Positions 41,262-49,676 of a stretch of DNA of 64,000 nt are shown piece by piece. The DNA comes from a virus. The notes beneath the pieces were generated by a model. It did no database searches. It was given only the letters and a program-made list of their open reading frames with translations, and was not told the DNA's origin. Position 1 is the first letter of the stretch; each line of letters begins with the position of its first letter. The position numbers and the translations under genes are program-made. The stretch covers positions 44,971 to 108,970 of IMG/VR virus record IMGVR_UViG_3300002141_000152; one strand, 5' to 3'.

Positions 41262-42737
41262 CTATTTGGTGTCTACATAACCAAGTTCTCTTAAAATATC
41301 TTTTTCCTGAGCTATTGCATTTTTTATTTGAGGTGGCAGTTTTGTAATTGAACTACTTGCACGATGCACCATTTTGAATTTTTGAATAGTTGACGTAAGA
41401 ATTGACTGTAATTCTGTTTCGGTTAACTCACCCAATAACTCTTTTAATACTTGTGCTGAAAACTTAGATAGTACTCCGTATTGTATATAAAAAGTGACTA
41501 CTTGTTTACGCGACATACCAGATTTTATCCTACCTCGAATAATAGACAGCACGACTTCCATTATTTTCAGGTTATTTTGCAGGTCTACTAAATAACTATT
41601 CTTAAGAATACTGAATAATAATGCTTCTGGAGTAGATGCATCTATTTTTAAGTCAGTAACTATGTTTTTAATTCCCACCTCATTTTGAAACTCTCCAATT
41701 ACAGTTGAAACAAGTTTTTCAGGATAACCCAAGTCAGTCAGATGCTTGGCTGGATCTTCTGACTTTACAATATATTTGTCATTAATATCATGTGAAGTGC
41801 GTACCTTTCCACTGTAATAAATCGTTGTACCAGTCAGGAAGAGAGGATCACTTGGCTCGATTCCAAAATTAAAAATATTTAGTTGTACTCCATCTCTTGC
41901 ATAACTCGTAAATGAACCACGATTAATACACCAGTTTGCAATAGCACAAAGTTTTTTTTGTGAGTCTTCAGTACGGACACTCAATACTAAATATTGGTCA
42001 TCTGAGTAAACAATACCGGCTTCGGGTTCAAGTGCTTCAAGTTCAGCAATTTTTTTACTTAGCCCTAAATTAGAATAACCCTTTACATAATTTGAAGTAT
42101 AGGCAATCACATCTTTAATAGTCCAGCTAGTAAACGCTTTAATCTTTTCAAATAATCGGTTAATTGCAGAGGTACCGATGTCTTTTAGCTGAACAGCCAG
42201 TGTAATTACCGTTGCCTGTTCTGACTTTGACATGGCACGATATTGATCGCGTAGAGGTTTTGGTAAACCATCAATAAACCATTTTGCATCTTTGGCTCTT
42301 TCTAGTGTTCTAATTTCATCGGCCATCGCTTCAAATCCAGTAATGGTAGTACCCTCTTCACTTTTTTGACTCGCATAGTAGTCAATATTGTGTTCTAGCT
42401 GCGAAATAATATGTTTTTTATCTTTAATAATCGACATCAGTCTATCAAGACTCTTTACCTCATTTTCGTTTGCAGGCTGAGTGATAGCGATCTTCTGTTC
42501 AAAGTAGAATCTTAAAAATGCTAAAGTATAACCGGGGTGACCCTTAGTAAGATCAAATATTTGTTTTACTACAGGAGAAGAGAGAGCCGTTTTTTCTAGC
42601 TCTTCAGAAGAAATCTGAACACCTTCTTCTCGTTTTTTAGAAATTTTTTTAGAAATTACTGATATCACATATTGTTTCGCTAATTTAGTATTTTCGTTGA
42701 TTGGTACCCAGTGAGTATATGAAATAATATGGCGCAA
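41262..42737 (-). CDS. hypothetical late protein (491 aa)
   Basis: MRHIISYTHWVPINE leader; WCI motif. Confidence 0.6.
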   Translation of the reverse strand: MRHIISYTHWVPINENTKLAKQYVISVISKKISKKREEGVQISSEELEKTALSSPVVKQIFDLTKGHPGYTLAFLRFYFEQKIAITQPANENEVKSLDRLMSIIKDKKHIISQLEHNIDYYASQKSEEGTTITGFEAMADEIRTLERAKDAKWFIDGLPKPLRDQYRAMSKSEQATVITLAVQLKDIGTSAINRLFEKIKAFTSWTIKDVIAYTSNYVKGYSNLGLSKKIAELEALEPEAGIVYSDDQYLVLSVRTEDSQKKLCAIANWCINRGSFTSYARDGVQLNIFNFGIEPSDPLFLTGTTIYYSGKVRTSHDINDKYIVKSEDPAKHLTDLGYPEKLVSTVIGEFQNEVGIKNIVTDLKIDASTPEALLFSILKNSYLVDLQNNLKIMEVVLSIIRGRIKSGMSRKQVVTFYIQYGVLSKFSAQVLKELLGELTETELQSILTSTIQKFKMVHRASSSITKLPPQIKNAIAQEKDILRELGYVDTK

Positions 42738-42803
42738 TATATCTGTTTTTTTAATTATTTATTTACTACTATCCCATCGAAGAGCAGAATAAATAACTAT
42801 ACC

Positions 42804-43160
42804 ATGGTAGAAGACGGGAAAAATAGAGCAAAGACCTTTAGCAAGTTCTTGTGTGAGCACGAGCAGCTTAATAAAGGTCAATTTGGTTTTGGTGAATCAC
42901 CAAAACCAAAACGAGAAATTCACCACCAACTGCTGGCCAGAGCTAGGCAGGACGGACTCATATCAGATTTACATTATGGTGATAAGAGAATTAGACAAAT
43001 TGCTATTGAATTAGCTGACGAGTTTGAAAAGATGGAAGAACCGGCTAGACAATCAAATAGAGACCTATTTTTAGCTATGTTCTACGAAAGAATACCTCGA
43101 TGGGCATGGGGTGCACCTACCAACTCTACCCTAATGCAGTACGGGTTAAGGAAATCATAA
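42804..43160 (+). CDS. hypothetical late protein
   Basis: Start reassigned to MVEDGKNRAKTFSKFLCE. Confidence 0.5.
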   Translation: MVEDGKNRAKTFSKFLCEHEQLNKGQFGFGESPKPKREIHHQLLARARQDGLISDLHYGDKRIRQIAIELADEFEKMEEPARQSNRDLFLAMFYERIPRWAWGAPTNSTLMQYGLRKS

Positions 43161-43243
43161 ATTAGTGGAAGAGGTCAATCACAGAAACTTTTAATATTGG
43201 CTAAATTGAGATATAGTCAACTATAAAATACAAAAAAGAAATT

Positions 43244-43714
43244 ATGAAACATATTAAATTATTTGAAACCTTTGAATTAAGGCCATACAATATTGTTCTA
43301 AAGATAACATCAAACTTTACTAGTAATTATAAAAATTATGAACCTTGGCGTTCAGAATTGCTATATGACGCAAAAATAGATGGAGATAATGTTTTATATC
43401 ACCCAGGATACTTTTACGAAAATAAAAAAGAGTTTATGCTTGGATGGACATCAGAGAATAAAAACACCGAAAGGGACCAAATTATAATGAGGATATTACC
43501 AGGCAATAGGTTAAGGTATCGTATATATGTTGGTAAGAATATTTGGGACACAAGCACCACACCCGCTAATTCCAGAAAAGATGCTCCAAACCAGTATAAA
43601 AAGTCTAGAGATGATGAAAAAAGTCATTCTTACCAGTATCATGGATCATTTAAAAAGTTAGAAAAAGGATCCACAGATGATAGAGGTTACTTTATTATAG
43701 AGGACATAGAATAA
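43244..43714 (+). CDS. hypothetical late protein with CTS-like leader
   Basis: MKHIKLFETFE. Confidence 0.55.
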   Translation: MKHIKLFETFELRPYNIVLKITSNFTSNYKNYEPWRSELLYDAKIDGDNVLYHPGYFYENKKEFMLGWTSENKNTERDQIIMRILPGNRLRYRIYVGKNIWDTSTTPANSRKDAPNQYKKSRDDEKSHSYQYHGSFKKLEKGSTDDRGYFIIEDIE

Positions 43715-43929
43715 AATTATAATATGGAAGTTCGCGATCACACCTAATACTATTACACTTAATCCTACACTCAACGCTGGGTAGACTAAACCAATTCTTA
43801 AAGTCAGTCGAGATTGGTTTTAGAAGTGACTCTCCAGAAGACTCATCTCTACTATAAAATAAATACAATAGGTGAAACTTTCTTAATTGAAGATACTAAG
43901 CAGTCTTGTCCAAGGAAGTTTTAGGTGCA

Positions 43930-44277
43930 TTAAATATCGGGATTAATTGGCATCGGTAATTCAATACCAATTCGTTTACCAGGTAGTACTTCAGCAACCT
44001 TGTCAAAAAATAGTGTGTTCGCCTTTACAAAATCTTCAGCATACACTGATGCTAAAATTGTTCCTTTTGCAGTGTCAGTTAATTTAATATATGTCGCAAA
44101 TTGGTCTTTCCAAACACAAACCTTATATGGGGTGTTGGTTCCTGTTCCACCCGTTCCTGTACTACTATTACATAACGGATTTTGAGATGTCGGCTGTTGT
44201 TTAGTAGGTTGTGCTGCCGGCTGACTCTCTTCATGTAGGTTAGTTTCGTTGATCCACTGCTTAAATGACTTAATCAT
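43930..44277 (-). CDS. hypothetical late protein with CTS-like leader
   Basis: MIKSFKQWINETNL (start reassigned). Confidence 0.55.
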   Translation of the reverse strand: MIKSFKQWINETNLHEESQPAAQPTKQQPTSQNPLCNSSTGTGGTGTNTPYKVCVWKDQFATYIKLTDTAKGTILASVYAEDFVKANTLFFDKVAEVLPGKRIGIELPMPINPDI

Positions 44278-44377
44278 AATAATATAATATTTTAATTTAT
44301 TTATAAATACTTCGATATTCAAAAAACAAAAACCTCACCTGTATTAGAGAGTGGGGTGCCACTAGTTATTAATTTTT

Positions 44378-44920
44378 TTATTCGTATCCATTTTTCATTT
44401 TTATTAAAAATATATAATCACTACCTTCTTCACCAATGTATTCAATTGTTGTTTTCATAAACGTTTTATGACGCCCATTATTTGAAAAATTTAATAAATT
44501 ACTATTTTCAATTTTGTTTGTTAGGTAATTTGTAAGTTCATCAAGGTCTTTAGTTTTTTTCTCAAGTTCACTTGATATTTCTTCAGGGAAACTATGTGAA
44601 TTTTTATAAATTGCTAACTTCATTTTGTATTCCGATATTGAGTCACTGTCGTTTGTTATTTTTACGGAATCAGGAACAAGATACCTGTCTAGTCGAACAT
44701 CTTTTAGATGTTCGACCATTACACTTTTTTTACGTTCTTCTTCTTGTTTTTTATTTTCTATCCTATTCTTCTCATCATCTTCCGTGTGTCTATTGTTCCA
44801 GGCATCGCCAAGATATTTTTGTTGGTCTAACCATGTTTGGTTATCCTCATTCAGTAAACCAACCTTTCTTTGTTCATATAGGTTAGTTTCGTTGATCCAC
44901 TGCTTAAATGACTTAATCAT
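44378..44920 (-). CDS. hypothetical late protein with identical leader to its neighbour
   Basis: MIKSFKQWINETNL. Confidence 0.55.
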   Translation of the reverse strand: MIKSFKQWINETNLYEQRKVGLLNEDNQTWLDQQKYLGDAWNNRHTEDDEKNRIENKKQEEERKKSVMVEHLKDVRLDRYLVPDSVKITNDSDSISEYKMKLAIYKNSHSFPEEISSELEKKTKDLDELTNYLTNKIENSNLLNFSNNGRHKTFMKTTIEYIGEEGSDYIFLIKMKNGYE

Positions 44921-45242
44921 AACACTAATATTTTAATTTATTTATCACTCCCACTCGGCCACTAACTAATAAAATAGAGAAGGTAAAGTGGCAGACAGCC
45001 CTAATAATTCTACTACTCATATTATTATCAACGCTAGAGAGACTACACTAGACCAGAGTCACCCAGCTAGAAGAGACTCGGTAGAACCACCTAGTAGCAG
45101 CCAAGTCAGGTACCTTCACTACGGAGTCCCGGCTACCAAGAGACCGACTAGACCTAGGAGACCCGACACCGAAGGTTACACCTCCACTACGGAGTCCAGT
45201 GACCAGACACTAGTCGGCCATTGACCAGTCACCATACCAGGA

Positions 45243-45304
45243 GTCGCCAACCCTAATACGAGACGGTGGCCAACCTCAATACGAGAAGTCGCCAACCTCA
45301 ATAC
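45243..45304 (+). repeat. three iteron-like direct repeats (~22-bp period)
   Basis: GTCGCCAACCCTAATACGAGA / GTGGCCAACCTCAATACGAGA / GTCGCCAACCTCAATAC. Confidence 0.75.
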
Positions 45305-45486
45305 CTGGCAGCGCCCTAATTTGTAATGCAAAGCGCGGGCGTCCGCCTACTTTCACTACGGAGTCCCAAGAAAAACGCGTGCCACCGACTATCAACACTT
45401 GCCACCTGTGGCATGTTGCTACCAGGTGCTACTCTTTCCAGATTGTGGCATGCTCGGCGGGATAAATAAAAAGAAAGAAGTAACTT

Positions 45487-46176
45487 ATGTACGCAAACGA
45501 AGCAATCGACTTGCTGGGGTGCAGCTATAACGGCCTACGTAAGTGGGGCAGCCGTGGCAAGATACGCCGGTGGAAGGACGACCATGGCAAGTGGATCTAT
45601 AACGACGATGACGTCTGGTCGATGATCGGCAAGCGGGTCTCAAAAGAAAGCCTGACGACCATCTACTGTCGAGTAGCCGGGACTACGGAGTCCGACCGCA
45701 AGGTCATGGCCGAGCAGCAGCGGATACTCCACCAATGGTGCTCTGCTCGTGGACTCTCAGTAGACAGGCAGTACGAGGACTGGGCCCCATCTACGGAGTA
45801 CTCCCTGGAGGAGAGACCTGGTCTGCACCTCTTGCTACAGGATATAATTCAAAAGCGTGTCTCCGCCGTGGTGGTCGAGACTCCTGACAGGCTGGCTCGT
45901 ATTGGTCGAGAGTTGATCGAACAGCTCTGCCGTTACTACGGAGTCCAGCTCGTGTATGTAAATAGGGTGATTCAAAAACCCGAGTACCTAGCCGAGCAGG
46001 AGGCAGATATTCTCAGGCTCCTAAAGAAGGCCAAGATTGAGAGACTAGCTGAGGTTGGTGTCGAGACCCTGCCTAGACCAAAGAAGGTAAAGTTAAAGGA
46101 TCCAGGCAAGATTGTGCCGACTTGGGAGGGTGAACCCTTACCTGCTAATTCGCGAGACTTGAGTGACTTGATATAA
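45487..46176 (+). CDS. IS607-TnpA-like serine recombinase (MerR-type HTH + resolvase fold) with catalytic Ser replaced by Ala
   Basis: EAIDLLGCSYNGLRKW HTH; YCRVAG in place of YARVSS; ERPGL; DRLARIG; no tnpB adjacent. Confidence 0.8.
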   Translation: MYANEAIDLLGCSYNGLRKWGSRGKIRRWKDDHGKWIYNDDDVWSMIGKRVSKESLTTIYCRVAGTTESDRKVMAEQQRILHQWCSARGLSVDRQYEDWAPSTEYSLEERPGLHLLLQDIIQKRVSAVVVETPDRLARIGRELIEQLCRYYGVQLVYVNRVIQKPEYLAEQEADILRLLKKAKIERLAEVGVETLPRPKKVKLKDPGKIVPTWEGEPLPANSRDLSDLI

Positions 46177-46192
46177 TTCAATTTTGGAGAAA

Positions 46193-46687
46193 TTAAAGAA
46201 GAGAGGAATCATGTACAAAGATAAAATCAAAGGTCAGCACAGAGTCAATTTCGCTGTGGCCATAGAGAGCCTGCTGAATTGCAGTGTCTAGGTCTTCCTC
46301 CGCTAGATCACTTGCGATGGTTAAGATAAATTTATAGAGAGGCTTGCCATAGTAAAGAGATCGATACTTGTCGGATCTAGTCCCCTCTGATCCCTCAAAC
46401 TGGACGTCGGAGACGAGACTCCGGTCGACAGTAGAGACGCTGTCTGCAACAAGTTCAACAAACTGGTCGATGTCTATTTCTTCTAGTGGCAAATTGTGCC
46501 GCATGCGAACGCCAAGAGTGACCTTGTACCTCCACTCAAAATCTTCTGATTGGAGTGGAATCCCGGACTCCTTAGCTAGGGTAACGTATTCACTCTTGCT
46601 AATGAGTCCACTGGTTAAGAGGTCACGTAAGACCTGCTCCTCGTCGTCTCGTGATTCCCGAAGATACCTCTTAAATGACTTTAACAT
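46193..46687 (-). CDS. CTS-like leader + SHOCT-like helix protein
   Basis: MLKSFKRYLRE...LRDLLTSGLISKSEY. Confidence 0.6.
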   Translation of the reverse strand: MLKSFKRYLRESRDDEEQVLRDLLTSGLISKSEYVTLAKESGIPLQSEDFEWRYKVTLGVRMRHNLPLEEIDIDQFVELVADSVSTVDRSLVSDVQFEGSEGTRSDKYRSLYYGKPLYKFILTIASDLAEEDLDTAIQQALYGHSEIDSVLTFDFIFVHDSSLL

Positions 46688-46706
46688 TGACTATTAGTTA
46701 TTTTAA

Positions 46707-46733
46707 TTATTTATCCAGGGCGCCCTATAAATA
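46707..46733. promoter_or_regulatory. back-to-back T4-type late promoters
   Basis: ATAAATAA on minus and TATAAATA on plus (46726-46733), separated by the palindrome AGGGCGCCCT. Confidence 0.6.
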
Positions 46734-46748
46734 AAAATAAAAAAGGAA

Positions 46749-46898
46749 ATGGCCAAGAAATCCACCAACTCTGCCACTGCTACAGCAGTCAGGGTTAAAG
46801 TTAAGAAGAAGAGACCGGGTGTACACTCGAAAACCAAGTGTGATGTGAACAAGCGAAGCAAACACTGGGTCAAACTGAGTAGAGGACAGGGTAAGTAA
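46749..46898 (+). CDS. 49-aa very basic protein ending RGQGK
   Basis: Not in ORF track: MAKKSTNSATATAVRVKVKKKRPGVHSKTKCDVNKRSKHWVKLSRGQGK; late promoter upstream. Confidence 0.65.
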   Translation: MAKKSTNSATATAVRVKVKKKRPGVHSKTKCDVNKRSKHWVKLSRGQGK

Positions 46899-47186
46899 TC
46901 CAGTTCTTCAGTCCGTTATTTAGAAGGGAGCCTCAGACGGGACTCCCTTCGCCAGTTATATTGATACTTTAGTTGAGGGTCGGAGTCACTCCTGTGTCGC
47001 GAGTTGAGGTGACTTTAGGTACTGAGCCGGCTGGAAAAGTGTCTCTACGCCAGAGTGGTCTGGGCTCCATGGCTGCGGGTGAGTCCAAGGCTCCCGCGGG
47101 CAGGGGATTTGCCAGAGACCCGACCGGCGCCACTAGCCAGAGACGCTAGCACGCACCCGCCTGCGGGGAGCCGTCCCTTACTCCAT

Positions 47187-47214
47187 AAAAAAGCCCGCGA
47201 TTAAGCGGGCTCTT
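47187..47214 (-). terminator. intrinsic terminator
   Basis: AAAAAAGCCCGCGATTAAGCGGGCTCTT on the + strand. Confidence 0.7.
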
Positions 47215-47233
47215 ACGGTCGTCAAACCAATAC

Positions 47234-48415
47234 CTACAGTGTCGCGAATTGTGCGAATTGCAAGTCGTATCCGTCCTTAGTACCTTTACCGAAAAGGTGT
47301 CCAGCTTGTTCTTTCAATTGGTGTTTGTTCTCCAATTGCAGGCCGGAATTGTTGGAACCAAGGAATGTCATTGAGTTTACCACGTCCCAAATACTTTGGC
47401 CGGTCTTGATAAAGCTCTTCTGCTTATCGTTCAATCTCATTGGGTCTTGTCCTTTGCGTACGATACGTCCCATAGTCTCAGCATGTGAGTGGAAGTATTT
47501 ACGAGCAACGGTGTCGATGAATGCTTTCTTCAGGGTTGGGTCGTCTTCTCGAACCATTCGTTGTGAGCTAATCATGGCATTCTCGACTTCAAGCAAGCTT
47601 GCTTTTGTATTCACAGCGGACTCTAGTGCGGTGTTGAAACCTACCGGAATAAAACCAGCTTTATTCATTGTCTCAATACGTCCAAGGAAATTCTTAATAT
47701 CGTCGGCACTTGTTCCACCTAGGCGAAACTTCTCTTCGAAATTAATATCACGGTTTGCACCGATCGCACCTTGTCCTAAGCTTACACGAAGTCCATTGCT
47801 ACATACCAATCTCTGATTGTACATTTCAACTGTCGTGTCTTTAGAAGACTGAATAATCGAGAAACCAAATTTAAAGAACTCGTCTTTACCGGCTCCAGGA
47901 AAACCTACCTCTTCTCCATTCAGCAAGTTGATAACTGTTTTTCCACTATGTGGATTGAAGTCAATTGTCTCGATACTTAAGTTTGAGTTACCATTCATAA
48001 TACGAGATGTCATATCAAAAACAGTTTCATTGGTCATTCTACGAAAACGTTTAGGATCGCAGATGTCAATAATTTCGCGACTTGTTGGGCTAGCAATCAA
48101 CATGATTTCTGTACCTCCATGCGCTTGACGATAGGATTTCAAGCCATTCAATAAACTTGTAGCAATCTTGCCGTCCTCGTTCTTAATCATCTCACGAGTT
48201 AAGGACTGATTTACCTTTAGCATTCCTGCTAATTTTTGAAAGAATCCTTGGCCAACAGGTACAGCTTGTCCGCTGACGTTGATTGTTCCTCGTGCGATGG
48301 AGTTGTCGTCCAGCTCGATTGCGCCTAGTGGCACGGTTTTTGTAATACACTCAGCTTTTGCGAGTGTCTCGCGAATCTGTTCGAATTCGTGGTCTGATAC
48401 TTCTTTTTTTGCCAT
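47234..48415 (-). CDS. DUF932-like protein
   Basis: RLVCSNGL motif and WDVVNSMT. Confidence 0.5.
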   Translation of the reverse strand: MAKKEVSDHEFEQIRETLAKAECITKTVPLGAIELDDNSIARGTINVSGQAVPVGQGFFQKLAGMLKVNQSLTREMIKNEDGKIATSLLNGLKSYRQAHGGTEIMLIASPTSREIIDICDPKRFRRMTNETVFDMTSRIMNGNSNLSIETIDFNPHSGKTVINLLNGEEVGFPGAGKDEFFKFGFSIIQSSKDTTVEMYNQRLVCSNGLRVSLGQGAIGANRDINFEEKFRLGGTSADDIKNFLGRIETMNKAGFIPVGFNTALESAVNTKASLLEVENAMISSQRMVREDDPTLKKAFIDTVARKYFHSHAETMGRIVRKGQDPMRLNDKQKSFIKTGQSIWDVVNSMTFLGSNNSGLQLENKHQLKEQAGHLFGKGTKDGYDLQFAQFATL

Positions 48416-48496
48416 GATAAGATTTTTTTTAAATTGGTTTGACTTAATTATAATACTAAAAACTTACTACATTTTAAAACTATTGTATACAAATAT

Positions 48497-49612
48497 TTAT
48501 TCCTGTTTCGCAGGTTCTTCTACGGAGTCCACCGTTTCTGGCTTCTTAGTAAGGAAGATTTCTTCAAACTTACGAGTCAGGTCGTGTTGGCGTATTGACT
48601 CCTTGTTCTCAATCTTATTCATCTCCTCACTTTCAGTGTATCGTTCTGAATCGTAAACTACTGCACCCTGTTTATCAAGCGTGTAATATAATCTCTTGTT
48701 TACTCCGCCACCACCTCGACGATTTTTTGAAAACTCAACATATCGATTACCACTTAGGTCAAAACGAATTTCAAGCATGGCAGTCGTTGCGTGTTTTAGG
48801 TAGGTGCTACCGACATAGGTACCTCCTTTGGTCATGTGTTGAATTGCCAAGACCGCGCAGCCATCTTTTTCAGCAGCAGTAATCATCATGCCAGTTAACC
48901 AAGACTCGGCTTGCGTTGATTTCCATTGCTGTGCTTCTTTCAATTTTACTAGAACATCTTGGTAGGAGTCAAGCACAATAATATCATAACCTCCATTGAA
49001 GGCTACCGATAATACTTCACTCAGCTTTCCGTTAGCAATATAGTCCATCAGCAATAGTGTTGGTACCTTACCGATTGATGGAGTTTTCTTGTAGTAAAAC
49101 AGGATATCATTACGGGTCATTTCACTTGATATATAAAGTATCTTTGCCTCAGGATTGGTGTCCTGTACAGAAGAAAGAACGTCTAATAAGATAGTCGACT
49201 TGCCGACACCCGACTCACCAATTACAATATTAACAGTTCCACCATAGACTCCACCGCCAGGTTCATGGTCCGAGAAGAGGTCATCGATCTTTTTGCCAGT
49301 CTTGTGCAACTTGAATTCAGGAAAGACGAGGTCTTCTACTTTAATAACGTTCGGCACGATTGGGACTACGGAGTCCAGCTCGACTGCACTCACATCAGTT
49401 TTGGTTTCGCGCACTCCGCCTTCTGCTAGGATTTTCTTCAGTACTCCATTAAAGAGTCCATACGAAACTTCTTCATCGAGTGCAGCGCCGACTCGATTTT
49501 CAAAATCGATAAATGAGTCTAACACTTTACCTCGCGGTACCTTGCCGTCGTGCGACTTGTTAATCCATCGACGAACACTCTGTTCTTTTTTACCGCCCTT
49601 AATTTCTATCAT
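48497..49612 (-). CDS. RadA/Sms-like RecA-fold ATPase
   Basis: GESGVGKST, LYISSEM, VLDSYQ, HMTKGG..VGSTYLKH, KNRRG. Confidence 0.75.
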   Translation of the reverse strand: MIEIKGGKKEQSVRRWINKSHDGKVPRGKVLDSFIDFENRVGAALDEEVSYGLFNGVLKKILAEGGVRETKTDVSAVELDSVVPIVPNVIKVEDLVFPEFKLHKTGKKIDDLFSDHEPGGGVYGGTVNIVIGESGVGKSTILLDVLSSVQDTNPEAKILYISSEMTRNDILFYYKKTPSIGKVPTLLLMDYIANGKLSEVLSVAFNGGYDIIVLDSYQDVLVKLKEAQQWKSTQAESWLTGMMITAAEKDGCAVLAIQHMTKGGTYVGSTYLKHATTAMLEIRFDLSGNRYVEFSKNRRGGGGVNKRLYYTLDKQGAVVYDSERYTESEEMNKIENKESIRQHDLTRKFEEIFLTKKPETVDSVEEPAKQE

Positions 49613-49676
49613 AGTTTTAGATTTTATTGGTTTGACTTAATTATAATACTAAAAAACTGAAGATTTATAAAACTTA

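Noticed and set aside
44988-45224. 78-aa ORF
   Set aside because: GTG start and low-complexity translation made of the DNA repeat motifs; probably incidental, though not excluded.
45243-45304. Mini-CRISPR
   Set aside because: The repeats are contiguous with no spacers.
45487-46176. Active IS607 insertion sequence
   Set aside because: No catalytic Ser, no tnpB and no recognisable element boundaries.
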